A model generated the notes under the pieces. That model was not told the origin of the DNA. It saw only the letters and a list, made by a program, of their open reading frames with translations, and ran no database searches. From an uncultured Pseudomonadota bacterium (GTDB lineage Bacteria > Vulcanimicrobiota > Vulcanimicrobiia > Eremiobacterales > Eremiobacteraceae), in contig CAVTNB010000001.1 of the NCBI GenBank assembly GCA_963736005.1, forward strand, positions 96,001-160,000: a stretch of DNA of 64,000 nucleotides, in the 5' to 3' direction. Below are positions 1 to 9,465 of this stretch, in pieces. Within the stretch, counting starts at the first letter, position 1. The number at the start of each line of letters is the position of its first letter. Made by a program: the position numbers and the translations under genes.

Positions 1-261
1 ATCGTGCGCCAGTGTCCTTCGGGAGCACTCGGCTTTGCCCGCGACGGAAATGCCTATCAAGGTGACCAGCGCGAACCCGAGATCTATGTCGCGAATAATG
101 CGAGCTATTACGTTCGAGGCGGAATTGAATTGGATGGCGAGATGATGAATGAGGGCGCAAATCGCGAACACTACGCGCTCTGCCGCTGCGGGCAGTCAAA
201 GAACAAGCCTTTCTGCGACGGGACCCATTGGTGGGTGAAGTTCAGCGATCCTGACAATTAG
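1..261 (+). CDS. CDGSH iron-sulfur domain protein, 5'-truncated by window edge
   Basis: CPSGAL (end of a ferredoxin-like motif) followed by ALCRCGQSKNKPFCDGTH, a zf-CDGSH signature. Confidence 0.85.
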   Translation: MVRQCPSGALGFARDGNAYQGDQREPEIYVANNASYYVRGGIELDGEMMNEGANREHYALCRCGQSKNKPFCDGTHWWVKFSDPDN

Positions 262-275
262 GTGAGGCTCGCCGA

Positions 276-936
276 TTGAAACAATTCTTCAAAGGGACAG
301 GATTGGCCATAGGTCTCCTTATTGCCGTCTATGTGCCTGCTTTTCTGATTACCGCGCTCATTCGACCGTCGATCGCGGTTGCCGTACCCATGGTCATCGT
401 CATTTCCTTCGGCGTTTGCTTCGCAATCATCGTTGCTCTCGCGAGGCGCCCAGAGGGGCTGGCAGAGTTTGGGTTTCGGCTGCCGCAAGCAAAATATGTC
501 TGGTGGTGTTTGGGCATTGGTGCAGTGTTCGGCCTCATTGCGGGTTACGCTACGTATCTCTTCCCCACAAGACCACCGTACGACGTTTCAAAGTTCGCGC
601 CGGTCTGTGCTCGTGTCGTACTTTGTGATCGGCGCTTCCGTGCAAGAAGAAACAATATTTCGGGGGCTCTTCCAGACGATACTTGCCCGTTTTTTTACTC
701 AGAGACATTAAGATCTTTGGGTTCACCTCGGCAGCGAGGTTGTGGTCGTTGCAGTTCTGTTTTGCCTCATCCATATTCCAGAAGGCCCGGCGGTAGGGCT
801 TGGCGCCCTCGTGCTCGGCCTGGTTGCAGGGGAATTTCGCAAGCGCAGTGGGAGCCTCGTGCCCGCAATCCTGGTTCACATGCTCTTCAATATCTCCAGC
901 GGGATCTTCGAGTTTCTCCCAAGGTTCGGGCATTAG
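276..936 (+). pseudogene. CPBP/CAAX-family intramembrane metalloprotease, disrupted (frameshift near 600, in-frame stop at 709-711 after a T-run); may be a sequencing artefact
   Basis: Hydrophobic N-terminus in the 276 frame; EETIFRG, FCLIH and HMLFN motifs lie in the 379/742 frame. Confidence 0.75.
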
Positions 937-946
937 CAAAGAAAAA

Positions 947-973
947 TGTCCGCTGCCCAGCCCCTGAAACGTT
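947..973 (+). promoter_or_regulatory. Possible ECF42-type autoregulatory promoter (TGTCCG-N17-CGTT)
   Basis: Resembles the TGTCG..CGTC-like motif of YciI-linked ECF sigma factors and sits just upstream of the yciI-sigma operon. Confidence 0.3.
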
Positions 974-1022
974 AGAAGCTCGAGGTACCAAATGATGGCA
1001 CCCAAACCAAGGAGGAATCGTC

Positions 1023-1358
1023 ATGAGCGAATTCGTGTATCTGTATCGTGGTGGAGACCGATCGAACTCCCCGCAGCAGGCTGAGCAGGTGATGCAAAAG
1101 TGGGTTGCCTGGATGAACGAGCTGGGCGAAAAAGGTCACCTTAAAGATCGTGGCCAGCCGCTCGAACTCACCGGAAAGGTCGTGCGAGACAAGCAGGGCG
1201 TAATCACGGACGGTCCGTACGCAGAGTCCAAGGACATCGTGGGCGGGTATACGCTGGTTGCAGCCAAGGATCTCGCCCAAGCAGCGGAACTCTCCAAAGG
1301 CTGTCCGATTTTCGAATCTGGCGGCATCGTCGAAGTGCGGCCCGTGATGGAGATGTAG
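1023..1358 (+). CDS. YciI/DGPF-family protein
   Basis: TDGPYAESKDIVGGY motif and C-terminal VEVRPV; AAGGAGG RBS. Confidence 0.9.
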   Translation: MSEFVYLYRGGDRSNSPQQAEQVMQKWVAWMNELGEKGHLKDRGQPLELTGKVVRDKQGVITDGPYAESKDIVGGYTLVAAKDLAQAAELSKGCPIFESGGIVEVRPVMEM

Positions 1359-2611
1359 TGGAACCAGGCGATACTCTCTTTCGGCGTGACGCGGGGCGGA
1401 TGGTCGCCGCCCTCACACGCATCTTCGGGATCCACAACCTCGCGCTGGCGGAAGACGTCGTCCAAGACGCCTTCTGCCGCGCGCTCGAAGTATGGAAGAT
1501 TCGCGGCGTTCCAGAGTCCCCATCCGCGTGGCTCATGAAGACCGCAAAGAACCGCGCGCTCGATGCGTTGCGGCGCGAGCGCACGGCGCGCACATTCGGC
1601 CCGGAATTAGGTCGGCTGCTCGAGAGCGAATGGACGCTCGTTCCCACGGTTGAGGAGCTGTTAGGACCCACTGCGATCAAAGACGATCAGCTCCGCATGA
1701 TGTTCTCTTGCTGTCACCCTCGATTGGCCGAACAAGCACAGGTGGCGCTCGTGCTCCATCTCCTGTGCGGTTTCAGCGTGGGTGAGATTGCAAGCGCGTT
1801 CCTCAGCAATCATTCCGCGGTCGAGAAGCGCATCACGCGGGCGAAGAAGGTGCTGGCCGGATCAAAAAGGTTGTTCGAACTCACCGATCGCGATTTCTCC
1901 AGGCGCCTTTCGGCCGTTCAGCGAGCTCTTTACTTGCTTTTTAACGAGGGCTATCACGGAGCGTCCCCAGAGTCTGCGGTACGCGTGGAGCTCTGCCGGG
2001 AAGCCATGCGGCTTGCCTTGCTCCTTGTCGAATATCCCCAAGCATCAACGCCGTCGACGCGGGCGCTCTACGCGCTGATGTGTCTCGATGCGGCGCGTTT
2101 ACCGGGCCGGGTTGATGCATCCGGGAATTTAAGCTCGCTCTTTGATCAGGACCGATCGCGCTGGGATGCAACGTTGATATCGCAAGGGCAAAAGTTCCTC
2201 GAACGATCGGCCACAGGTTCCGAGCTCAGCGAGTATCACATCGAGGCCGCAATTGCCTGGATTCATGCCAGTGCCCCTCGTGTGGAGGACACCAACTGGG
2301 AAAATATCGTCGCGCTCTATGATCAACTGATGGTCATTCGCCCCTCACCGGTCGTTGCGCTCAATCGTGCCATCGCCGTGGCCCAGTACGCTGGCCCGGA
2401 ACGCGGGCTCGAAGAAATTCACTCAATCCAAAATAAAGATCGCCTCGCCCGATATCCGTTTTATGCCGCGACGCTCGGCGAGCTCGAACATCGTCGTGAA
2501 AACTATGAGATTGCGCACGCACATTTCCAAGCTGCGCTCGCGCTTGCGCGCAATCCGATGGAACGACGATTCCTCGAGCAACGGTTAGAGTCGTGCAAAC
2601 TTAAGGCATGA
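1358..2611 (+). CDS. ECF sigma-70 factor with C-terminal TPR-like extension (ECF42-like)
   Basis: AEDVVQDAF, WLMKTAKNRALD, DDQLRMMFSCCHP, LYLLFNEGY and SPVVALNRA motifs; coupled to yciI. Confidence 0.9.
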   Translation: MEPGDTLFRRDAGRMVAALTRIFGIHNLALAEDVVQDAFCRALEVWKIRGVPESPSAWLMKTAKNRALDALRRERTARTFGPELGRLLESEWTLVPTVEELLGPTAIKDDQLRMMFSCCHPRLAEQAQVALVLHLLCGFSVGEIASAFLSNHSAVEKRITRAKKVLAGSKRLFELTDRDFSRRLSAVQRALYLLFNEGYHGASPESAVRVELCREAMRLALLLVEYPQASTPSTRALYALMCLDAARLPGRVDASGNLSSLFDQDRSRWDATLISQGQKFLERSATGSELSEYHIEAAIAWIHASAPRVEDTNWENIVALYDQLMVIRPSPVVALNRAIAVAQYAGPERGLEEIHSIQNKDRLARYPFYAATLGELEHRRENYEIAHAHFQAALALARNPMERRFLEQRLESCKLKA

Positions 2612-4355
2612 GAACGGGCGCAAGTGGATCTTTGACAGCGTCGATCCAACGGGAATCTCCAAACCACTCCCAGGCAATGGTGGAGTACGGCACGGTGCCG
2701 AACGAGAGGAGCTTGTCATGGAACGCACGCAGGCTGAAGTTTGCGCCTTCCTTGTCTTGGGCTTGCGCAAGCAACATTTCGATTTGTGACTTACCCGTGA
2801 GGTAATCGATGGCTTGCCCGGGTCCCATCGCGAAGCGCGTGCCTTCGCCGTAGGCCGTTGCTTCGTCTATCCCAGCGTTATCTTTGAAGAATTCGATTGC
2901 TTGTGGGAGCGTCATTTCTCCGCTGGCGAGGCCAATGTCGACCAGCACGCGCGTGGCGCGATGTCGCATCAGGTGGATGACGGCCGTGCGGCCCGCCGGG
3001 TCATCGTCGTAGAGGCCCGCGCGCATAAGCATCTCTTCACCGTAAAATGCCCAGCCTTCGGAAAAGACACTGTCACCGTGGACTTTACGAATGTAGTCCG
3101 GATTCTTGTACGCAATGGAAAACTGGAGGAAGTGGCCCGGGATCCCCTCATGCGCGAGCACTGGGAGTACCGCTTGGCGCGCTTGAGCCGCAAAGAAGCT
3201 TGTGTTCTTGGGGTCGTAATCAGGGACGAAATAAAACCCGGTTTGATCGCGATCGAACGTGCCAGGGGGATTCATGAAGCCGCCGGGGTTGATGGGTGCG
3301 AGTGCTTTTGGCAGCTCCACGATCTTGAACGCGCCGATATACGAGGGAATCGTGATAAGATTGTGGCTCTTGATGAAGGAGACGACTCGGGCCGTTTGAC
3401 TTTGATAGTATTGCAGGAACGCAGCCTTGTCCGCGAATTGGGGTTGCCGCCGCACAGGTCCGCTTGCGTAGGCTTGGTGGTCGCGCTCCCAGGCGGTGAG
3501 CGCACGGTCGCGGGCCAGCTCGAAGCGAGCCATTTGGGCGAGTTGATCCGAATTCCATGGCAGCAGCAGCACGCGGCGCAGCATCCAGTCATACTGTTGC
3601 TTTCCGACGGCGAAACCACCGGCGTGCCAGCTCGAAACGTGCGCATCGACCCAGCGCTTGTACGCATGTAGCTCGGCCAATGCTTGATCGCGCGCTGCGT
3701 ACAGGTCCGTTTTTTGTGCCGGCGTCAATCCGGGAGTAAGTGCATCCAAGCTGTCGGTAAAGAGCGGATCGGCACCGCCAATCTCCTGGGATGCAACGAC
3801 GCCGAATTCGCGCACGGGCTGGGTGAGATTGTGTTCGCCTTGCGCCAGCACCGGGCCGCATTGGCGCATGCGGGAGGCAGCGTCGTGCGCGCGCACCGCG
3901 TTACTTGCGAACTGCTTGGGCAACAAGGTAAAGATGCCGTTGGTACACTCCTCTTCGTAAATAGCGGGGTTGCGCTCACGCGCGCGGAGGTACGTTCGTT
4001 GCCACCAGTCCCCTTCAATGTCAGCCCGCAGCAGCAGATAGTTGATCTGATCGTGCACGGTCGTGCCGCCCGGTGCAAGCGCCGCAAGCTCGTTGCGAAA
4101 TTCCTGCAGTTGGGTGCCGTATGAGCGATCGGCTGCGTCGGAGAAATCAGTGAGCTTGTCGTCGGCAGTATGAAGTCCGTTGACGGTTGTCGAGATTGGA
4201 CTTGCCGTCCAGGTGAAGGTATAGTAGCGGTGTGCCAGCGCCTCGACCGCGGCAGCGCGAGTTGGGATAGCTGCTCCCAGTGAGGGCGCAAAGGTAAACG
4301 CGAACGTTACCGCCACCAGAGCAAGCGTTCGCGAGGCCCATGTTCTTGTGTGCAT
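2601..4355 (-). CDS. DUF885 family exported metallopeptidase-like protein
   Basis: Signal peptide, HEGIPGHFLQ, FSEGWAFYGE, PGQAIDY and FHDKLLSFG motifs; start taken at MHTRTW. Confidence 0.85.
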   Translation of the reverse strand: MHTRTWASRTLALVAVTFAFTFAPSLGAAIPTRAAAVEALAHRYYTFTWTASPISTTVNGLHTADDKLTDFSDAADRSYGTQLQEFRNELAALAPGGTTVHDQINYLLLRADIEGDWWQRTYLRARERNPAIYEEECTNGIFTLLPKQFASNAVRAHDAASRMRQCGPVLAQGEHNLTQPVREFGVVASQEIGGADPLFTDSLDALTPGLTPAQKTDLYAARDQALAELHAYKRWVDAHVSSWHAGGFAVGKQQYDWMLRRVLLLPWNSDQLAQMARFELARDRALTAWERDHQAYASGPVRRQPQFADKAAFLQYYQSQTARVVSFIKSHNLITIPSYIGAFKIVELPKALAPINPGGFMNPPGTFDRDQTGFYFVPDYDPKNTSFFAAQARQAVLPVLAHEGIPGHFLQFSIAYKNPDYIRKVHGDSVFSEGWAFYGEEMLMRAGLYDDDPAGRTAVIHLMRHRATRVLVDIGLASGEMTLPQAIEFFKDNAGIDEATAYGEGTRFAMGPGQAIDYLTGKSQIEMLLAQAQDKEGANFSLRAFHDKLLSFGTVPYSTIAWEWFGDSRWIDAVKDPLAPVLMP

Positions 4356-4499
4356 GCGTCTGGGTTCTAGAAAGCCGCGCGCATCCCCTGAAGAGCTGGG
4401 CATTTTGCAGGCTGGCGTAGCCATGGCGCGAATATGCCGCCCACGCGGTTCTCTGTGGGCCGCGGTCAATTATTTTACGCACTTAAGGCAAAGGAAATC

Positions 4500-4901
4500 A
4501 TGAGAAACAGAATCTACTTCGCTGCGCTGCCGCTCCTAGCGCTCGCGATTGTGCTCACGTTCACAATGCACTCACGTCCAGCTGTCGCGGCAATGAGTCC
4601 GATTTCAATCAAACAGTGCTTCATCATCCACAAGGCAATGAGCACGAATGCAGGCGGAACGCAGATTGTCTTTGTGAATCGCACCTCAAAGCCGGTGAAG
4701 CGGGTTACCTTCGCGGTGGGTTATCGCAACGCCGCGGAACACTTTCTTCGCAAAGTGACGGACATCGGCAACTTTGCCCCTGGCGTGGTGATCGATCACA
4801 AGTATTCGCTATACAGCGATGTCACGTATGCGGGCACGCAGCCAACGAGCTGCAGTGTCATAGCCGCGTGGTGGCAAGACGGCTCCAGCTGGACGCCGTA
4901 A
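4500..4901 (+). CDS. Hypothetical exported protein
   Basis: AAGGA RBS, signal peptide, two Cys, C-terminal DGSSW; followed by a terminator. Confidence 0.75.
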   Translation: MRNRIYFAALPLLALAIVLTFTMHSRPAVAAMSPISIKQCFIIHKAMSTNAGGTQIVFVNRTSKPVKRVTFAVGYRNAAEHFLRKVTDIGNFAPGVVIDHKYSLYSDVTYAGTQPTSCSVIAAWWQDGSSWTP

Positions 4902-4927
4902 GCTCACAGTATTTCCCAGCAGGAGGG

Positions 4928-4959
4928 AGCCGCCGGCGCATGGCCGGCGGCTTTGTTTT
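4928..4959 (+). terminator. Rho-independent terminator
   Basis: Stem AGCCGCCGGC/GCCGGCGGCT followed by a T-rich tract. Confidence 0.75.
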
Positions 4960-4984
4960 GACCCGCTTCTAATGAAGCGCATTC

Positions 4985-5010
4985 GTAGGGGGCGATTGGA
5001 AAATCGGCCC
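4985..5010 (+). repeat. GTAG-foot REP-like palindrome, class B
   Basis: GTAG-GGGGCGATT-ggaa-AATCGGCCC; near-identical copies at 26462, 30608 and 53539. Confidence 0.75.
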
Positions 5011-5072
5011 ACGTAACTAGCGGGACAATCACGGGACGTACCAGCACCGTGACTGTGTGGAAGGCCGCCTTG

Positions 5073-6362
5073 TTACGTCGGTAGTTTTAGCGCCGTGCAA
5101 ACCGCTTGAGAAACGTGCAGCTTGCAAAAGGCATTTAAGTTAGCCGCCAACTTACCAGCCCACCCCTCAAACGTGTGTCGAAACGTAAGGCCCGAGGACG
5201 GATTGCCGAGAGTTAAACCGCTCGAATTAGCTGCGAACGTCCCCAACGCGACATCATTCTGATAGGTGATGAAGCTGTTCAAGGCGTTGGGGGACGCTGA
5301 AGGATTCGGCGCGGGCATGGTGGCCTCATGAGCAGCGGAATTGGCTTCCAGAAGCGTTCCTGCCAACGCGAGTGGGAAGAACGACAGCGCCGTCGTTTTG
5401 TTGCCGTCTGAGATGTTATCCGACCACACCGTCGAGAGGTACGGAGGAGCGGCAGAGCTGCAATTGACAACTTGCGCAGTAAAATTCGCTTCGCTGCTAC
5501 CGTAGACGGTGACAACCGCGAACGTCCCATCAGCGGTAACGGTTGAACCATTGAGGACAATCGCTCCGAGCGTTCCATGCCCAGCCGGCGTACTCTGGCG
5601 CGCACCATACGGATTGTTGGGATCGTTCGGCACGTACGGATCATCGAGGCACTGCGCGCGAAAATCCTCGAGGTTCCAGGTCGACTCCGGTACCACCGCA
5701 ACGGGATGCTGCGAATCGCAGTCGCGGAGCGAAATTTGACTGCGCGAGCAAACGTCATGTTCCAGCCGCTGGGCAATTACAAAGAGCAAAAAGTAGGCAG
5801 GGTTGTCGACGGAAGATCCGGTGGCAGTGCTACCCGTCGCAGGCCCGGAGCCGCCTTTGCCTCCACCTCCACCTCCGCCAGCGCTCGTTGCACCGCCAGA
5901 TTTTGTCGTGCCCGCTGGAGGGCCAGCCGGCCCGGCTCCAATCGATAAGAGCACGTAAAACGTCGGCTCTTGCGTTGCGACAAGAGGGGCTGCCTGAGGC
6001 TCGAGGCCGAGGACGCCTTCGCAAAAATTCAGTTGCTGCCAAAGTGCCCGTGGATCTCGTTCCCCCGGGTTCGGCGTGCAGGCACTCTTTGCCGCCGCCT
6101 GGCCGGCGAGCGCGGCGCAGGTATTGAGGCGACCAACGAGCAGCCCTGCGAGATAGGACTTCACGCCTACGGGGAGCGATTCAGGTGAGCTCTTGTATGT
6201 GGGCGAGTTGAAATTATACACGGCGACGATGTCATTGAGATCGGCCGTGCCGCAGATTGAGGTCGACAGCGCTGGCGAGGGCCCTTGCGCGCCATCTGCA
6301 CTCGTTGTTAAACCGGTCATAAGGCTACACACGAGGACAAATGCAAAAACCTTCTGGGTCAT
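5073..6362 (-). CDS. Hypothetical exported Cys-rich protein with Gly/Ser/Thr linker
   Basis: 429-aa ORF, AGGAG RBS, signal peptide, 24 nt downstream of the patatin gene. Confidence 0.75.
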   Translation of the reverse strand: MTQKVFAFVLVCSLMTGLTTSADGAQGPSPALSTSICGTADLNDIVAVYNFNSPTYKSSPESLPVGVKSYLAGLLVGRLNTCAALAGQAAAKSACTPNPGERDPRALWQQLNFCEGVLGLEPQAAPLVATQEPTFYVLLSIGAGPAGPPAGTTKSGGATSAGGGGGGGKGGSGPATGSTATGSSVDNPAYFLLFVIAQRLEHDVCSRSQISLRDCDSQHPVAVVPESTWNLEDFRAQCLDDPYVPNDPNNPYGARQSTPAGHGTLGAIVLNGSTVTADGTFAVVTVYGSSEANFTAQVVNCSSAAPPYLSTVWSDNISDGNKTTALSFFPLALAGTLLEANSAAHEATMPAPNPSASPNALNSFITYQNDVALGTFAANSSGLTLGNPSSGLTFRHTFEGWAGKLAANLNAFCKLHVSQAVCTALKLPT

Positions 6363-6386
6363 AGAGCTCGCTCTCCTAGGCCTCCG

Positions 6387-7589
6387 CTATTGCGTCAACG
6401 AGAAGCCGGCGAAGTCGTCGGGTGACACGTAGAGATCGGCCGCGGTCTTCCCGACGAGCTGCAATTCGTCGAGATGCGCGACGTCAAACGGCTGAACCGC
6501 ATTCTCGTCGACGCCATTCAACCCTAGCCGATCTAAACCTTGCCGCGAAAGGTCCACGTTGTAGCGCACATAGGTAAAGAGTTTCTCAGCCAGCGGCGCC
6601 TGATTGCCGACAAGGTCGCCGATCTCGGAGTCCAGCGCATGTCCTGTGCGGGTCCTTCCAAAGACGCGGCAGAGCATGTCTTGTTCGACGCCAGCGGCCG
6701 AGATGAGTGCAGCTGGCAGCGATTGCAGATTATACAGCAAGTTCATCTCATTTGGTCGCAGCTGCAGGTTCGCGCTCTCGCTCAAGCCTGTTCCGACGGA
6801 GAGCAGCAACAAATTTTCTTCACCGGCCGGCCACTGAATTTCGTACGGTGGCAGCGTGGCCATAAGAAACAGGAGAAACGCCGGATTGTTGTAGACGGTG
6901 ACGCCGCCGTCGACGAAGACAAACTGCTGATCGCCCACGCGAATCGTTTCAGGTGGGAAGAACACAGGGGCCGCCGTGCTCGCGCGTACTAGCTGCCAAA
7001 GCGGCAGATTTAAGTTGCAGTCCTTCAGCTCGCGCTGGTTGTACTGCGCTTTTGGATTGTTCGACAGCGGCCACGGCGAATCGGTCGATGCGTTACGCAT
7101 GACGATGAGCAGTAGGGTGCGAAGCTTGTCTGTTCCAAGCCTTGCATCTTCATCGCCGTCGGTTCCGATCACCGCTTTAATCTCTGCTGCCAGCGCCTTT
7201 TGCGTGAACATTGAAGAAGATGCGAGCACGCCGAGCGTGCTTAAAAATTTGGTAATCAATGAGTTCGGACCGAACTTGCGGCCAAGGCGCAAGAAGACAT
7301 TCGCCGGATCGAACATCGTGTGCGCGCCGGTTAAATAGAATTCTCGAATCTGTTGAGTGGAGAACCCAAGCGACGTGAACGTGGCGATAATCGCCCCCGT
7401 GCTCGTGCCGCCGACGTAGTCAAAGTAATCCGCAAGCACCAGGTCGCTCCGGCCAAACCTTTGGCGTAGCAGCGTCTCCACGCGAAAAAGGAACTCCAAA
7501 GCGATGAGCCCTCGAATGCCGCCTCCGTCGATCGAAAGAAGTTTCTTGGGACCACGCTTGGTTATACGTTCTTCGAGGTGTGGTTGCAT
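6387..7589 (-). CDS. Patatin-like phospholipase
   Basis: DGGGIRG oxyanion motif, GTSTG nucleophile elbow, ASTAAP and DGG catalytic Asp all intact. Confidence 0.95.
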   Translation of the reverse strand: MQPHLEERITKRGPKKLLSIDGGGIRGLIALEFLFRVETLLRQRFGRSDLVLADYFDYVGGTSTGAIIATFTSLGFSTQQIREFYLTGAHTMFDPANVFLRLGRKFGPNSLITKFLSTLGVLASSSMFTQKALAAEIKAVIGTDGDEDARLGTDKLRTLLLIVMRNASTDSPWPLSNNPKAQYNQRELKDCNLNLPLWQLVRASTAAPVFFPPETIRVGDQQFVFVDGGVTVYNNPAFLLFLMATLPPYEIQWPAGEENLLLLSVGTGLSESANLQLRPNEMNLLYNLQSLPAALISAAGVEQDMLCRVFGRTRTGHALDSEIGDLVGNQAPLAEKLFTYVRYNVDLSRQGLDRLGLNGVDENAVQPFDVAHLDELQLVGKTAADLYVSPDDFAGFSLTQ

Positions 7590-7725
7590 TGTGAACGCCT
7601 TCGTGATTGCTTGCCGCGGCGTTCGCCGAAAAGGGAGAACTTCTTCCAGCAGGCGCCGCTGGCGGGTTTCGAAGCGCGCTCCGCGAAAGCACGCCGCCCA
7701 GGTGCTATCAAATGCTAGTCAAGGT

Positions 7726-9381
7726 ATGAAAGCGCCGTTCGATGGCTTACCGCTCGTCGTCGGCGTAACCGGCCACCGCGATCCGCCGGCAGAGGCGGAA
7801 GGTACGCTTCGCAAACGTTTCGGCGACGTTATCCAGGGGCTCAGCACGCAGTACCCGTCGATGCAGCTTCTCGTCCTGTCGGGACTTGCGGCCGGTGCGG
7901 ATATATTGGCGGCAGAAGAAGCGCTGGACCGCGGCATTGCCGTGCTCGGATGCTTGCCACTGCCTCAGTCCGATTACGAGAGGGACTTCACGCCTTCAGA
8001 ACTTTTTCGTTTTCGCTCCGTCTTACCCCGATGCTGGGATGTCATCATCGTCGGATCGTCTGAAAAACGCGAGCAAAACTACGTCGATGTCGCGGACTTT
8101 ATCGCCTACTATTGCCATGTACTCGTGGCATTTTGGGATGGACTCCAAGCACGCGGACCTGGCGGGACTGCCGAAGTTGTCCACCTTCGAAAAAGTGGTC
8201 TGCCGGGAATCGTCGGCGACGCACTCGTGGCGTACGCGCCCGACACCGGCCCCGTGTTCCAGATCGTCACTCCACGCACGGATCGTCCGCCCCCTGCCGA
8301 GTGTTTCTCAGTGCACGCAAGTTACCCAGAGCGCCCGGCTTGGAATACCAAAGCTAGAAAATCCGAGAAAGTTGCGGGCGAGCAAGCATTTGAGCACGCC
8401 ATCGCGGATCTTGAGCGCTTCAACCGGGACCTCGGGCGCGAGCCTATACCCGCTGGACCCAGCGCACTGGCTGCCTTGCGCGACCGAACGGATGCAGCGG
8501 CCAACAAGTTACAGCGGGATACGGTGCGGTCGCTGCAAAGCGTGTACATTGCAACTGGGCTGGCAGGCGCCGCGCAGTTGGTGCTGCCCACTGACGGCTC
8601 GTTCAATATTCCAAGTTGGGCTGGCGTCGTCGCTAAAGTCGGATTTCTGGCCATCGCCTTTGCCGTGTTGGCGGTCGCCAAGCGGAACGACTTCGAGAAC
8701 CGGTACCAAGATTATCGCGCAATCGCGGAAGCGCTGCGCGTGCAATACGCGTGGTGTTGCGCAGGTGTGCGCACTCGTTTGGTGGAGGCATCCTACCTTG
8801 AGATGCAGCAAAGTGAACTCGAGTGGATCCGAATGGCACTTCGAACTGCATATTTGATTACCGGCACCGGGACTGCTGACGCCGGCGGCTCAGTGGAACA
8901 TCCCGAATGTGCGGGCTGGATCGATGGTCAACTTGAGTACTACCAAAAATCTGGAAGGCGCGAAGAGGAGCGCTTGCGCCGAGCACGATGGCTCATGATT
9001 GGCGCCGCAGCAGGGGGCGGTGTCATCTCGGCCGTTGCCGCTGTGTTTGCTTGGATGCTCTCCCACAACTTGCTCCCGATCGAGGCGTCCCAATATACGC
9101 AAACGTTGCATATGACGGCGTATTGGGCGACCATGCCCTTCGCACTGGGGAGCTTGTTCGCTCTTCTGATTCGCTTTTACATCCAGCAGCGGGGCTTTGC
9201 TGAGAATGCCCGGCGCTACCAGCACATGTTCGTGGTGTTCGACGCGGCGAAGAGACTGCTGCGCGAACAGATTCGCGATCCGCAAAGAGTCCTCGAACAA
9301 CTGGGCCACGAGTCCCTCTCGGAGCACGCAGATTGGTTGATTCTGCACCGCGAACGTCCGCTCAGTTTCGTGCACACGTAA
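7726..9381 (+). CDS. SLOG-fold nucleotide-binding domain fused to two SLATT/DUF4231-like 2-TM modules
   Basis: N-terminal VGVTGHRD, LSGLAAGAD and WDG..GGTAEVV; then TM pair + YQDYRAIAEALR; then TM pair + EHADWLILHRERP. Confidence 0.75.
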   Translation: MKAPFDGLPLVVGVTGHRDPPAEAEGTLRKRFGDVIQGLSTQYPSMQLLVLSGLAAGADILAAEEALDRGIAVLGCLPLPQSDYERDFTPSELFRFRSVLPRCWDVIIVGSSEKREQNYVDVADFIAYYCHVLVAFWDGLQARGPGGTAEVVHLRKSGLPGIVGDALVAYAPDTGPVFQIVTPRTDRPPPAECFSVHASYPERPAWNTKARKSEKVAGEQAFEHAIADLERFNRDLGREPIPAGPSALAALRDRTDAAANKLQRDTVRSLQSVYIATGLAGAAQLVLPTDGSFNIPSWAGVVAKVGFLAIAFAVLAVAKRNDFENRYQDYRAIAEALRVQYAWCCAGVRTRLVEASYLEMQQSELEWIRMALRTAYLITGTGTADAGGSVEHPECAGWIDGQLEYYQKSGRREEERLRRARWLMIGAAAGGGVISAVAAVFAWMLSHNLLPIEASQYTQTLHMTAYWATMPFALGSLFALLIRFYIQQRGFAENARRYQHMFVVFDAAKRLLREQIRDPQRVLEQLGHESLSEHADWLILHRERPLSFVHT

Positions 9382-9465
9382 TCTGGGAGACACGACGAAG
9401 GCGCACTCCAGGACTCTCCCAAAACCCGATGGAATCAATAGTTGGGTGTAACATCATCCATAAAT

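Noticed and set aside
8058..8068. GTCTGAAAAAC matching the tRNA-Phe anticodon arm as a possible att site
   Set aside because: Only 11 nt and inside an intact CDS, so compatible with chance.
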